Made by a program: the position numbers and the translations under genes. A DNA stretch of 64,000 nucleotides from Candidatus Izemoplasmatales bacterium (lineage in GTDB: Bacteria > Bacillota_I > Bacilli_A > Izemoplasmatales > Hujiaoplasmataceae). The notes beneath the pieces are model-generated. The model had not been told where the DNA came from. It was given only the letters and a program-made list of their open reading frames with translations, and ran no database searches. The stretch spans positions 832,001-896,000 of the forward strand of contig JBMNEZ010000001.1 of assembly GCA_050949045.1 (NCBI GenBank), written 5' to 3'. Positions 31,678 through 41,879 of the stretch are shown piece after piece (the first letter of the stretch is position 1; the number at the start of each line of letters is the position of its first letter).

Positions 31678-32772
31678 TTAGCGCGCATTAATCAGAAAAG
31701 CGTTGATGAACTGATCGATGTCGCCATCCATTACTTTTTGGATGGCTCCGGTTTCAACGTTCGTTCTGTGGTCCTTGACAAGGCAATAGGGATGGAAAGT
31801 ATAGGAGCGGATCTGACTGCCAAAGGCGTTCGCGACATTGGCGGTCGACAAGCCTTCCAATTGTTGTTGCTTACGCTCGAGTTCGAGATGGTAGAGTTTA
31901 CCGCGCAAGACGCGCATCGCCGTTTCTCGGTTTTGGAGCTGGCTACGCTCGTTTTGGCAGGTGACGACGATTTTTGTCGGCAAATGCGTGATCCGGACCG
32001 CCGAATCGGTGGTGTTGACTCCCTGTCCGCCTTTCCCGCTTGAGCGGTACGTGTCGATTCTTAGATCTTCGTTGTTGATCTCAACTTCAATCGTGTCATC
32101 GATTTCGGGGATGACCGTCACCGAGGCAAACGAAGTGTGCCTGCGGCCAGAGGCATCAAAAGGGGAGATTCTGACCAGGCGATGAACCCCGGATTCGGCT
32201 TTGAGATAACCAAAGGCATAGGTTCCCTGGACCAGGATCGTCGCCGATTTCAAGCCGGCTTCCTCTCCATCCTGATAGTCAAGAACAGTCATTTTGAAGT
32301 CACTCTTCTCGATCCAGCGGGTATACATCCGGAAGAGCATCTCCGCCCAATCTTGGCTTTCGGTTCCGCCGGCTCCCGGATGGAACTCCATAATCGCATT
32401 TGATTTGTCGTAGGGCTTGTCGAGCAGGGTCTTGATCGTCAGGTTTTCAAGGTTCAAGTTGAAATCGGCTATGAGCTGCTCTACTTCCTGAAAATCAAAT
32501 TCCTGATCGACCTCGGCCAGTTCATAACTGAAAGAAAGCGTCTCGAGAGTCTCCTCGATCCTCTGGTATTGCGTGAGGATCGCCTTGATTTCGTTTTGTT
32601 CTTGGATCGTCTTTTGGGCTTGTTTTTGATCAGACCAAAAAGAAGGCGCAAGCGTTGCCTGATCCAATGTTTTAAGACGAGCATTCAATTTTTCAAGGCC
32701 GATTGTTTGTTTCAGTTCGGCAAACTTGTCCTTCGCTTCAAGAAGGGCTGCTTTTAACTCAAGTAAATTCAT
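31678..32772 (-). CDS. prfB: Peptide chain release factor 2 (no programmed frameshift)
   Basis: GAGGTESQDW, SPF anticodon mimic and GGQ; uninterrupted 364-aa ORF after secA. Confidence 0.96.
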   Translation of the reverse strand: MNLLELKAALLEAKDKFAELKQTIGLEKLNARLKTLDQATLAPSFWSDQKQAQKTIQEQNEIKAILTQYQRIEETLETLSFSYELAEVDQEFDFQEVEQLIADFNLNLENLTIKTLLDKPYDKSNAIMEFHPGAGGTESQDWAEMLFRMYTRWIEKSDFKMTVLDYQDGEEAGLKSATILVQGTYAFGYLKAESGVHRLVRISPFDASGRRHTSFASVTVIPEIDDTIEVEINNEDLRIDTYRSSGKGGQGVNTTDSAVRITHLPTKIVVTCQNERSQLQNRETAMRVLRGKLYHLELERKQQQLEGLSTANVANAFGSQIRSYTFHPYCLVKDHRTNVETGAIQKVMDGDIDQFINAFLINAR

Positions 32773-32790
32773 TGATTCTCCTTGTACTCT

Positions 32791-35271
32791 CTAGTTGCGG
32801 CCGTGACAATGCTTGTACTTTTTGCCACTGCCACAAGGGCAGGGATCGTTCCGTCCGACCTTTTCCGCCGCTTTGACAGGCTGCCTCTTGCGGGTGTCAT
32901 CTTCTTTCCCCGAGATTGCGTGGATTGGCTTGGCCACCTGGACGCGTTCGGTATTCTGCCTGACCTGGGCTTTGAGGACAAATCTGGTGACATCGCTCTG
33001 GATGTTCTCGACCATCGTCTCAAACATGTTGAAGCCTATTTCCTGATATTCCCTGAAGGGATTGATTTGCCCGTAACTTTGCAAGGAAACTGCCTGTCTG
33101 AGCTCGCTCATCGCATCGATGTGCTGAACCCAATAGGTGTCGACAACCCTCAAAGTAACCGCTTTGAGGAAGTCGTTGAAGGCCTTGTCTCCGGCCAACG
33201 ATTTTTTCTGGCTCACTTCGCGCTTGTACTGGTCCATGACGTACTCACGGACATCGGCGTCGCTAAGAACGATTTTTTCGTCGATTATGTCTTTTTGAAA
33301 GTATCTGTTGAGCAAGGTGTAGAGTTGCTTGCGGTCGTTCTGGTGGAGATTAAGGATCTTGTCAAGGATTGTTTCAATCATCAAGCAGACGGTTTCTTCG
33401 ATGTTTTCAAGAAACAAAATATCGGTGCGTTGCTGATAGATAATCTCGCGTTGTTTGCGTAAAACCTCATCGTATTGGAGAACGGTTTTCCGTCTGTCGA
33501 AGTTGCTACCTTCAATCTGGCGTTGCGCCCTGAGCACCAGTTTTGAGAACATGCCGTATTCCAATGGTTGTTCCTGGCCGGTGTCTTTTTGAACGGTGAT
33601 CATCGAAATCATTCTCTTGAATCTCTCACCGCCAAAACGGCGCATCAAGTCATCGTCGGCAGAGATGAAGAACCGCGAATATCCGGGGTCGCCTTGACGA
33701 CCGCTCCGGCCCCGGAGCTGGTTGTCGATCCGGCGGGCTTCATGCCTTTCGGTTCCGATTACTGCCAAACCGCCCAGTTCAACGACTCCCGGTCCCAATT
33801 TGATGTCAGTGCCACGCCCGGCCATATTTGTGGCGATGGTCACAGAATACATCTGGCCGGCTTTGGCGACGATATCGGCTTCCCGTTCGTGCTGTTTGGC
33901 ATTCAAGACGTCATGTTTGACTCCGCGCCTCTTGAGAAGCGACGACAACAGTTCCGAACTCTCGATCGAGATCGTTCCAACAAGTAGCGGTTGTCCGAGG
34001 CGGTGGCGTCTTTCGATTTCTTCTGCCAACGCCTTGTATTTGGCTTCCATTGACGCAAAGATCAAATCGTTGTCATCGATGCGAATGACGGGAACGTTGG
34101 TTGGAATCTCGACGACAAACATATTGTAGATATTGTGGAATTCCTCTTCTTCGGTTTTGGCTGTCCCGGTCATGCCCGAGAGTTTCTTGTACATCCGGAA
34201 AAAGTTCTGGAACGTAATGGTCGCCAATACCGTGGTTTCCTTTTTGATCTCGACGGCTTCTTTGGCCTCAAGGGCTTGGTGCAGACCTTCGGAAAACTGC
34301 CTTCCGTGCATCAATCTGCCGGTGAAAGGGTCGACAATGACGACTTTGCCCTCATGAACGACGTAATCGACGTCACGGGACATGATGTAATTGGCTCTCA
34401 GGGAATTGTTAATGTGATGCAACAAGGAAACGTTGGAAAGATCGTAGAGATTTTCCAGATTGAAGTGCGCTTCCGCCTTTTTGATGCCGGTTTCGGTCAG
34501 ATTGATCGTTTTGTCCTTGAGATCGATATCGTAATCCTCTTCCTCTTTGAGGCGAATGGCAAAATAGTTGGCCTGCTTATAGAGATCGGCGGTGTTTTTC
34601 TCACCGCCGGAGATGATCAACGGTGTTCTGGCTTCATCGATCAAGATCGAGTCGACCTCGTCGATGATTGCATAGTTGAGCGGCCTTTGGACGATATTTT
34701 CCTTGTAGATGACCATGTGGTCGCGCAGATAGTCGAAACCGAGTTCGTTGTTCGTCGAATAAACGACGTCGCAGTTGTAGACTGCGCGCTTCTCTTCGGA
34801 AGTGAGATCGCGAATGTTCAAACCGACCGATAGTCCGAGAAAACGAAACAAGTCGCCGATCTCACCGTTGGCCTCACGGCCGGCGAGATACTCGTTGACG
34901 GTGACGATATGAACGCCTTCACCGGTCAGAGCATTGAGATAGGCGGGCATGACCGCGGTGAGGGTTTTGCCCTCGCCGGTCTTCATTTCAGCAATATTGC
35001 CCTCATGAATGGCGATAGCTCCCATAACCTGAACTTTGAACGGTGTGAGCCCTGTCACTCTCGTGGAAGCCTCTCTGACAGTTGCAAAAGCTTCGACAAG
35101 CAAAGAGTCCAACGACTCGCCATTACCGTATCTTTCCTTAAACTCTGCGGTCTTATGGCGCAATACGTCATCGGAAAACTGTTTGTATTCATCTGCGAGT
35201 GAAAGAACTTGATCGGCGATTTTTCCGAGTCGCTTCAGTGTTTTTCTATTTGGATCGAAAAGTTTAAACAC
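32791..35271 (-). CDS. secA: Preprotein translocase ATPase SecA
   Basis: [58 protein letters not shown]. Confidence 0.99.
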   Translation of the reverse strand: MFKLFDPNRKTLKRLGKIADQVLSLADEYKQFSDDVLRHKTAEFKERYGNGESLDSLLVEAFATVREASTRVTGLTPFKVQVMGAIAIHEGNIAEMKTGEGKTLTAVMPAYLNALTGEGVHIVTVNEYLAGREANGEIGDLFRFLGLSVGLNIRDLTSEEKRAVYNCDVVYSTNNELGFDYLRDHMVIYKENIVQRPLNYAIIDEVDSILIDEARTPLIISGGEKNTADLYKQANYFAIRLKEEEDYDIDLKDKTINLTETGIKKAEAHFNLENLYDLSNVSLLHHINNSLRANYIMSRDVDYVVHEGKVVIVDPFTGRLMHGRQFSEGLHQALEAKEAVEIKKETTVLATITFQNFFRMYKKLSGMTGTAKTEEEEFHNIYNMFVVEIPTNVPVIRIDDNDLIFASMEAKYKALAEEIERRHRLGQPLLVGTISIESSELLSSLLKRRGVKHDVLNAKQHEREADIVAKAGQMYSVTIATNMAGRGTDIKLGPGVVELGGLAVIGTERHEARRIDNQLRGRSGRQGDPGYSRFFISADDDLMRRFGGERFKRMISMITVQKDTGQEQPLEYGMFSKLVLRAQRQIEGSNFDRRKTVLQYDEVLRKQREIIYQQRTDILFLENIEETVCLMIETILDKILNLHQNDRKQLYTLLNRYFQKDIIDEKIVLSDADVREYVMDQYKREVSQKKSLAGDKAFNDFLKAVTLRVVDTYWVQHIDAMSELRQAVSLQSYGQINPFREYQEIGFNMFETMVENIQSDVTRFVLKAQVRQNTERVQVAKPIHAISGKEDDTRKRQPVKAAEKVGRNDPCPCGSGKKYKHCHGRN

Positions 35272-35349
35272 GTTAATTCACCTCTTCATTGACACCTTTA
35301 ATCATACCACAAATTACGAAGCAAACACAATTTATTTAGCCACACCCCG

Positions 35350-35376
35350 AAAAAAAGTGACCTTTTAAGGTCACTT
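35350..35376 (-). terminator. Terminator after hpf
   Basis: AAGTGACCTT-AA-AAGGTCACTTTTTTT on the - strand. Confidence 0.75.
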
Positions 35377-35383
35377 GTGATAA

Positions 35384-35920
35384 TCAATAGGTCTCTATCA
35401 ACCCATATTTTCCGTCTTCACGGATATAAAGAACTGAAACTTCCTTGTTCTCGTTATAGAAAATAAAGAAATCATGATCAAGCAATTCCATCTGAGTTAT
35501 TGCTTCGTCCATCGTTAGGACATCGAGTTTGATCCGCTTTTTCTTGATTGGCGAGATCAGTTCCCTCTCCAGTTCCTCGATACTGAGATAATCGTTTTTG
35601 AAGACCTCTTTCAAGCCCGCTTTTTCTTGGAGACTGCGATTCAGTTTGTGTTTGTTCTTGCGGATCTGGGCTTCAAGTTTGTCGACAGCCTTATCGATGG
35701 CGGCGTACAAGTCTTTGTCTTCGACCTCCGCCCGGATTGTGATGAATTTGATTGGAATCGTTATTTCGACTTTCATCATGTCACGATAAACTTTACATAC
35801 TGCGAAAGCTTCCAATTCTATGGAGACCACTCTCTCCACCTTAGCGAGTTTCTTTTCGAAGTACTTGCGGATCGCTTCCGTAATCTCAACTCCGCCCTTA
35901 CCTCTCACATCAAGTTTCAC
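35384..35920 (-). CDS. hpf: Ribosome hibernation promoting factor (long HPF)
   Basis: DLYAAIDKAVDKLEAQIRKNK, EAITQMELLDHDFFIF, YIREDGKYGLIE. GTG 35920 behind AAGGAG; promoter TTTACA-17-TATAAT at 35963-35991. Confidence 0.93.
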   Translation of the reverse strand: MKLDVRGKGGVEITEAIRKYFEKKLAKVERVVSIELEAFAVCKVYRDMMKVEITIPIKFITIRAEVEDKDLYAAIDKAVDKLEAQIRKNKHKLNRSLQEKAGLKEVFKNDYLSIEELERELISPIKKKRIKLDVLTMDEAITQMELLDHDFFIFYNENKEVSVLYIREDGKYGLIETY

Positions 35921-36009
35921 TATCATCACTCCTTTTGTAATTGCATATCTTACTATATATTAATTATAGCATTTGCCAATGTCAATGTAAATAAATCGCC
36001 ATTGTTTCC

Positions 36010-36393
36010 TTATTGATTTTCGCCGATCAAATAAGCAAACTCAAAACGAATAACCGATACCATCAGGATTGATCCAAAAGCCTTGATTAAAGGAAACCAA
36101 CCTGAAAATGCCGTTATCTCCTGATCTTCGATCATGATGATAAGGTCGTGTGAAACGGCAAGATCCAGCGTTTTCGCAAATGTATAGGAATATGAAAGGT
36201 ATGAATCATACTCGGCTTTAGGCTGATCAATCAGATAACGGTATCTGATTGACCCGCCTGCCAGCGGGATCAATTCTTCGAAGTACTCGGCATCCATGAT
36301 CCTTTGGCATTCAGGGCATAGTCGGTCGGGGGAAAACAAAGTCGAGAAATACAGCTCGCGGACGTAGATCTGGCGGCAAAGAGGGCAGCGCAT
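36010..36393 (-). CDS. Short ComFC-like protein (double zinc ribbon N-terminus)
   Basis: MRCPLC...LCPEC; sits in the comFC position between comFA and hpf. Confidence 0.55.
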   Translation of the reverse strand: MRCPLCRQIYVRELYFSTLFSPDRLCPECQRIMDAEYFEELIPLAGGSIRYRYLIDQPKAEYDSYLSYSYTFAKTLDLAVSHDLIIMIEDQEITAFSGWFPLIKAFGSILMVSVIRFEFAYLIGENQ

Positions 36394-36394
36394 T

Positions 36395-37660
36395 TCAATC
36401 ACCGCCTAGGTTTTTTCTGCGGTTCAGCATTCGAATCTCAGCTCTTGCTTTTCGCATTGCCGGGCTCAAATATTCCGAGAGAAACCATATTTCTCCTCGA
36501 GGCTCCCATAGATCTCTACCAACTCTGCCAGACATTTGGATCAGGGTATCGCGGTCATAAAGAGGACTGTCTGCCTGAAGGACGGCAATCTGGATCCCGC
36601 TGAAGGTTATTCCTCTTTCGAGGATTGATGTGGATACTAGGACATCGAGATTTCCGGCAGAGAATTCATGGATGATCGCTTCTTTTCGTTCGGTTTCGGA
36701 TGTAACCGCCCTTGCTTTGACGCCTTCCTTTCTAAGCAGTGAGGCAAAAGCCAAGCATTTTGCGATCGATGGCAGAAACAAAATTGCCCGTTTCGAGTCC
36801 AGTCGCCATTTTTTAAGAATCGGTAAAATGCTTTCAAGGATGGTTTCCAAAGCGGATCCAGATAATTGCAGGAATCGGGGAAGATCGTGATCGACCCCGT
36901 GAAAACGAGCCGGATTGAAGTGGAAACGAAATCCGCTTTTTGTCAGTTTGCGCTTTAAAGCCGATGTCAATGTGGCCGAGATCAGGATGAGACTCCCACC
37001 CGCCCGGAGTGCCTGATTAGCCAGCCGCCAATAAAAGGGGGAATCCGCAAAAGGAAAAGCATCGACTTCGTCGATTAATAATAGTCCAAATTCGTCTTTG
37101 TAATTAACTAACTGCTGGATCGTCATCACGACAATGTGGGCATCGCGGTCGTTCTTTGCCTCGGCATGTATCGCCTTGACATTGCTTGAGGGAAAATATT
37201 TTTTGATCCTCTCACTCAGTTGAATGACGACCTGTTTTCGCGGGATCGCAAAACCAACACGGATATGTCGGTTCAAGGCAAGACAGATCGCAGCCAGAGT
37301 CATTTCGGTCTTCCCGGCGCCACAAACAGCCTGTAGAAAACCATGGGCATGTGATAAGTAACACCGGATGATGAACTCACTCCCGCGTTTTTGCCATTTG
37401 GTAAGTTGAAGATTCAAATCGAGACGGTGTTCAACCAAAGGAAGTCGTTGCCGGTAGCGGTAAAGAATCATGTCCGAATTGGATCCGCAGTCGCGACAAG
37501 CATACCTTCCAAGCGCATCGATGACAATCATTTCCTTATCAGCGCCGCAACGACTACATTTTTCGCTTTTTACCGCGATGGTTTTCTCAACCAAAACTTC
37601 GCCGACTTGCTTTTGTAAATACTCACGCAAAAAAAACACCCGCCATAAGACTACGCTCAT
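36395..37660 (-). CDS. comFA: ComFA-like DEAD/DEAH-box helicase (true start probably downstream of 37660)
   Basis: CSRC/CRDC zinc finger, AVCGAGKT, DEVDAFPF, SAT, TSILERGITF, QMSGRVGR. The annotated ATG lies inside the leuS terminator hairpin. Confidence 0.82.
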   Translation of the reverse strand: MSVVLWRVFFLREYLQKQVGEVLVEKTIAVKSEKCSRCGADKEMIVIDALGRYACRDCGSNSDMILYRYRQRLPLVEHRLDLNLQLTKWQKRGSEFIIRCYLSHAHGFLQAVCGAGKTEMTLAAICLALNRHIRVGFAIPRKQVVIQLSERIKKYFPSSNVKAIHAEAKNDRDAHIVVMTIQQLVNYKDEFGLLLIDEVDAFPFADSPFYWRLANQALRAGGSLILISATLTSALKRKLTKSGFRFHFNPARFHGVDHDLPRFLQLSGSALETILESILPILKKWRLDSKRAILFLPSIAKCLAFASLLRKEGVKARAVTSETERKEAIIHEFSAGNLDVLVSTSILERGITFSGIQIAVLQADSPLYDRDTLIQMSGRVGRDLWEPRGEIWFLSEYLSPAMRKARAEIRMLNRRKNLGGD

Positions 37661-37668
37661 GACGGGTG
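37629..37668 (-). terminator. Terminator after leuS
   Basis: CACCCGTCAT...ATGGCGGGTG followed by a T-run on the - strand. Confidence 0.7.
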
Positions 37669-37675
37669 ATTTGCT

Positions 37676-40096
37676 TTAGATGACGATGTTGACGAGTTTG
37701 TTTTTGACAACAATGGTTTTCTTGATCGTTTGGTTTTTAATCCATTCTTGAATCTTCGGTTGCGCAAGTGCCAACTTGATCAATTCCGCTTCATCCATAT
37801 CAACGGGGACCATCACTTTGTCCCTGATTTTACCATTGACGTTAATAACGATTTCGATCTTGTCTTGAAGCAGTTTAAGCGGATCATACTCGGGCCACTT
37901 CTCTTCAACCAAAAAGCTAGTATTGCCAAGCAGATGCCAGAGTTCCTCGGTAACATGCGAAGCCACCGGCGAAAGCAGTTTGAGAAGGACTTCATACTCT
38001 TCTCTGGAAATTGCTTCCTGTTGGCCGAACTCGTTGGCCAGAGTCATCATTTTGGCGATGGCGGTATTGAATTTCAGATTCTCATAATCTTCGCTGACGC
38101 CTTTGATGGTTTTGTGAATAAGCGTTTCAAGGTTTTTGGATGGTATTTTCTGAGCCGAAACTTTTGGCAACATCCTCCAGATCTTGTCAAGAAAGCGGCG
38201 GCAGCCCTTCATCCCATTCTCGTTCCATGGCGTCGGCATTTCATAGTCGCCGATGAACAGAATGTAAGTTCTAAGGGTGTCGGCGCCTTCACTTTCGATA
38301 ATTTCCATCGGATTGATGACATTGTCGCGAGACTTTGACATTTTTTCGCCATCATCCCCAAGAATCAAACCCTGAGCGGTTCGCTTCAGATAAGGTTCCC
38401 TGTGAATAACTTCCCCGATATCGTAGAGAAACTGGTTCCAAAAGCGCGAGTAAATCAAATGTCTGGTAACGTGTTCCATGCCTCCGTTGTACCAGTCGAC
38501 CTTTCCCCAGTATCTTTGTTTGTCTTTGTCGGCGATAAAGTTCTTGTTGCCGGGATCGAGATAACGGAGAAAATACCAGCTGGAACCCGCCCATTGGGGC
38601 ATCGTGTCGGTTTCACGTCGTGCCGTTTTGCCGCACCTCGGGCATTTACAGTTAACGAACTCGGGGATGTTCGCGAGCGGACTTTCGCCGGTCGATGTCG
38701 GCATGAACGCCTCGACCATCGGCAATCTTACAGGAAGATCCTCGTAGGGAACGGGCACGATCCCACAATGATCGCAATAAATAATGGGTATCGGCTCGCC
38801 CCAGTAGCGCTGACGGTTGAAGGCCCAGTCTTTCATCTTGAATTGGACACTCTGTTCACCAAGGCCGTTTTTCTGAAGATAGTCGATGATCTTGACCTTC
38901 GCTTCATTGACAGAGAGGTTGTCGATGATATCGCTGTTGACTAAAATCCCGTTTTCGGTATCGGTATAAGCCGCTTGACTTAAGTCGCCGCCCTTGATCA
39001 CTTCAACGATCTCAAGACCATATTTTTTGGCAAATTCGTAGTCGCGGTCATCATGCCCCGGAACAGCCATGATCGCGCCGGTGCCGTAAGTGATCATCAC
39101 GTAATCGGCAATGAAAATGGGTATTTCCTTGCCGTTCACAGGGTTGATCGCCGTCAGTCCTTCGATCTTGACGCCACTTTTATCCTTTTGGAGTTGAATT
39201 CTCTCAAACTCTGATTTATGTTTCGCCTCGGTCTGATAGTCGTTGATTTCCACGAGATTCTTGATCTTGTCCCGATGCTTCTCAATCAGTTCGTGTTCGG
39301 GTGCGACGACCATAAATGTCGCCCCATAGATGGTATCCGGCCTTGTCGTAAACACTTTTATCCTGTCATCGGTTCCTTTGACAGAAAACAAGATATGGGC
39401 TCCTTCGGACTTGCCGATCCAGTTCTCCTGTTCGACCCTGATCCTTTGTGAACACTCGAGTTCCTCTAGTCCCTGAAGCAGTTTCTCTGCATAAGCGGTT
39501 ATTCTTAGAAACCAAACGTCCTTTTCCCTTTGCTCGACAGCGCTGCCACAACGGTCGCAAATCCCGCCTTGCGACTCTTCATTGGCTAAGACGACATTGC
39601 AGTCGGGGCAGAAATTGACGTATGTCTTGCTTCTGTAGGCCAGTCCGTGTTCAAAGAGTTTGAGAAAAATCCATTGGGTGAATTTGTAATATTCCGGATC
39701 GGTTGTATCTATCAATCGGGAAAAATCGAAAGAAAAACCGGCGGCCTTGAGTTCTTTCAATAATATGTCAATGTTTTGATCGGTGATCTTCCGGGGATGG
39801 ATCTTGTTCTTGATCGCATAGTTTTCTGTGGGCAAGCCAAAAGCATCGAAACCGATCGGAAACAACACATTGTAGCCTTCCATCCGCCTTTTGCGGGCGA
39901 TTACCTCGAGCGACATGTAAGCTCGAAAATGGCCGACGTGCAATCCTGTTCCGGACGGATACGGATATTCCACCAAGGCATAGTATTTCGGCTTGGGATC
40001 GAAATCGTTGCCTTGGAACAATTTTGATTCGTACCATTTCTTCTGCCATTTCGGTTCAATCTTCCGATGATCGAAGCTGGGTTTGAATTCGCTCAT
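37676..40096 (-). CDS. leuS: Leucine--tRNA ligase
   Basis: PYPSGTGLHVGH, FTTRPDT, YGTGAIMAVPGHD, KMSKS; T-box with Leu codon upstream. Confidence 0.96.
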   Translation of the reverse strand: MSEFKPSFDHRKIEPKWQKKWYESKLFQGNDFDPKPKYYALVEYPYPSGTGLHVGHFRAYMSLEVIARKRRMEGYNVLFPIGFDAFGLPTENYAIKNKIHPRKITDQNIDILLKELKAAGFSFDFSRLIDTTDPEYYKFTQWIFLKLFEHGLAYRSKTYVNFCPDCNVVLANEESQGGICDRCGSAVEQREKDVWFLRITAYAEKLLQGLEELECSQRIRVEQENWIGKSEGAHILFSVKGTDDRIKVFTTRPDTIYGATFMVVAPEHELIEKHRDKIKNLVEINDYQTEAKHKSEFERIQLQKDKSGVKIEGLTAINPVNGKEIPIFIADYVMITYGTGAIMAVPGHDDRDYEFAKKYGLEIVEVIKGGDLSQAAYTDTENGILVNSDIIDNLSVNEAKVKIIDYLQKNGLGEQSVQFKMKDWAFNRQRYWGEPIPIIYCDHCGIVPVPYEDLPVRLPMVEAFMPTSTGESPLANIPEFVNCKCPRCGKTARRETDTMPQWAGSSWYFLRYLDPGNKNFIADKDKQRYWGKVDWYNGGMEHVTRHLIYSRFWNQFLYDIGEVIHREPYLKRTAQGLILGDDGEKMSKSRDNVINPMEIIESEGADTLRTYILFIGDYEMPTPWNENGMKGCRRFLDKIWRMLPKVSAQKIPSKNLETLIHKTIKGVSEDYENLKFNTAIAKMMTLANEFGQQEAISREEYEVLLKLLSPVASHVTEELWHLLGNTSFLVEEKWPEYDPLKLLQDKIEIVINVNGKIRDKVMVPVDMDEAELIKLALAQPKIQEWIKNQTIKKTIVVKNKLVNIVI

Positions 40097-40112
40097 TATC
40101 TTTCCTCCCATT

Positions 40113-40330
40113 AAAAAATCGTCCGATCAAGGACGATTTGCTCGCGGTACCACCTTTGTTCCGGCGAATGCCGGCACTCATCCCTTAACGCGGTTCGACG
40201 TTCCGGACTCCCGTGTTTCGCCCGGACAGCTCCCAAGACCAATTCGCATCGATCGACCTCCGGTTCGCACCAACCACCGGCTCTCTAAAAGGTCAGATAT
40301 GATGTTACTATTTCTTGTTCTCAGCGTTTA
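40113..40330 (-). ncRNA. T-box riboswitch of leuS
   Basis: Stem I with AGTA, AGAGA and GGTGCGA motifs; specifier loop GAA-TTG-G; T-box AAAGGTGGTACCGCG; terminator AATCGTCC...GGACGATTTTTT. Promoter TTGCAT-17-TATGAT at 40335-40363. Confidence 0.95.
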
Positions 40331-40373
40331 CATCATCATAACATGCGATTGTCAATTATGCAAGACCATTCAT

Positions 40374-41204
40374 TTATTCGAGGTCTGTTTTTCCGTCTTC
40401 ATCGTCTTGTTCGTCTTCTTCGTCATCGGTAACCCTGTATTCAGCATCGACGATATTCATCGCCCGCTTTTCGAGATGAACAAGCGTTTGGAAGTGAAGT
40501 TCACGTTGCAATTGATAGATTGAACGATAACCGATGAGAAGTAATAGAAAGAATATGATTTCGGAAAAATCAAGCAAATTATAGATCGTCATCAGAAGCG
40601 CTGTGGGTGTCAGGGCAAAAATTACCAGTTTGAAAATCGTCTTGTAGGGAATGAACTTTTTGAGTCGGATGAACGGCAGCGTCGACACCAGCCCGATCAT
40701 CAGCAACAAAAAAAGGTTGCCAAGGAAATGAAAAAGAAGCAGCCCAAGCAAAAGGCCCGTCTTAATCGATTGGAAAAAAATATCAAAGTTGAGCGAAGCC
40801 GAGCTCTGGGAAAAAACGGGAACTTCGGCCTTCTTTTCGCCATCAAAGTAAAGTGACATTGAGTTCCCTTTGAATACAAGGCTTTGCTGATCCATCAGAT
40901 TGATGATCGACGAGACTTGATCATCGCTGGCCAAAAAATGGATGGAGTAGCCATATAGATGAAACTTGTTTCCCGGTTCATAAGCCGCCTGATCGCAGAC
41001 AAGTTCACCGGAACGAATAGTGCAACCAGTCGTTTCGGTTGTGATAACGGTGTTGCCCTTGTACCAACCGTAATGGATGATGGCGCTCAAAGAGACAAAC
41101 AGCGCGAGCACCAACAAATACAGAGTAGTGAACCACCCTGATTTGTGCCGGTAATTAAGCAACTCTTTCGGTTGAAATATACTGTCTTTTGCGATATTGT
41201 ACAA
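40374..41204 (-). CDS. Membrane protein, DUF1189-like
   Basis: SIFQPKE...R...GWFT N-terminus, one TM plus extracellular domain plus several TMs, YKTIFKLVIFALTP, acidic tail. Confidence 0.6.
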   Translation of the reverse strand: MYNIAKDSIFQPKELLNYRHKSGWFTTLYLLVLALFVSLSAIIHYGWYKGNTVITTETTGCTIRSGELVCDQAAYEPGNKFHLYGYSIHFLASDDQVSSIINLMDQQSLVFKGNSMSLYFDGEKKAEVPVFSQSSASLNFDIFFQSIKTGLLLGLLLFHFLGNLFLLLMIGLVSTLPFIRLKKFIPYKTIFKLVIFALTPTALLMTIYNLLDFSEIIFFLLLLIGYRSIYQLQRELHFQTLVHLEKRAMNIVDAEYRVTDDEEDEQDDEDGKTDLE

Positions 41205-41398
41205 TTCTCATCACCCGACTTCAAATATTATACCATGTTTATAGGAATCAGCAAAAAGAAAACGTTCGCAATCAATGATATAATCTATGCGAGCGGAAAA
41301 GGATGATGCGATAGAATATCTGCGCTTCAAAAAAAATTTTTGATCGCCATTCACAAACAAAAAAGCCCATATAGGGCTATAAAGGACTTTCATTGATT

Positions 41399-41878
41399 TT
41401 ATTCTTGGTGTGTGAACAGTTCCCATTTTTTTATTCTGAAGATCCGCGAGTAGAAGTTTAAAGGAAACATCGTAATCTGATGGTTGAAGATGATCGCCTT
41501 CCCGTCACGAACACGGCGCATCTCTTGAAGGCGCTCATAGGTCTCGACGATATAGGCCGTTTCCGGATCATTCTTGTCAATTTTTGTGAACAATGAGTCG
41601 ACAAGCGCGAGCAGCTCTTTCTTTTGTTCATGGGACAGTTCCTTGACAGCGATGCTCTCGTACTTGGCAAGTTCCGGATCAAACACTTTTTTTGATAACA
41701 GGTTCGCAGTCTTTCTCAACTCGATTTCCATTTTCGAATGATACTTGTACACTTCACGGTATCGCTGGCGCAAAGTCCTTGTAATCAAAACGGTGCTGAC
41801 GACGATCAAAGCGGTGACGAAGAGAATAATCAGGCCGATCTCAAAGAATAAGGACCAATCAAAAGATAGAAAAAACAT
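41399..41878 (-). CDS. Single-TM protein, divergent LemA-like
   Basis: N-terminal TM; C-terminal RR.......FNHQITMFPLNFYSRIF resembles the LemA tail. Confidence 0.5.
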   Translation of the reverse strand: MFFLSFDWSLFFEIGLIILFVTALIVVSTVLITRTLRQRYREVYKYHSKMEIELRKTANLLSKKVFDPELAKYESIAVKELSHEQKKELLALVDSLFTKIDKNDPETAYIVETYERLQEMRRVRDGKAIIFNHQITMFPLNFYSRIFRIKKWELFTHQE

Positions 41879-41879
41879 T

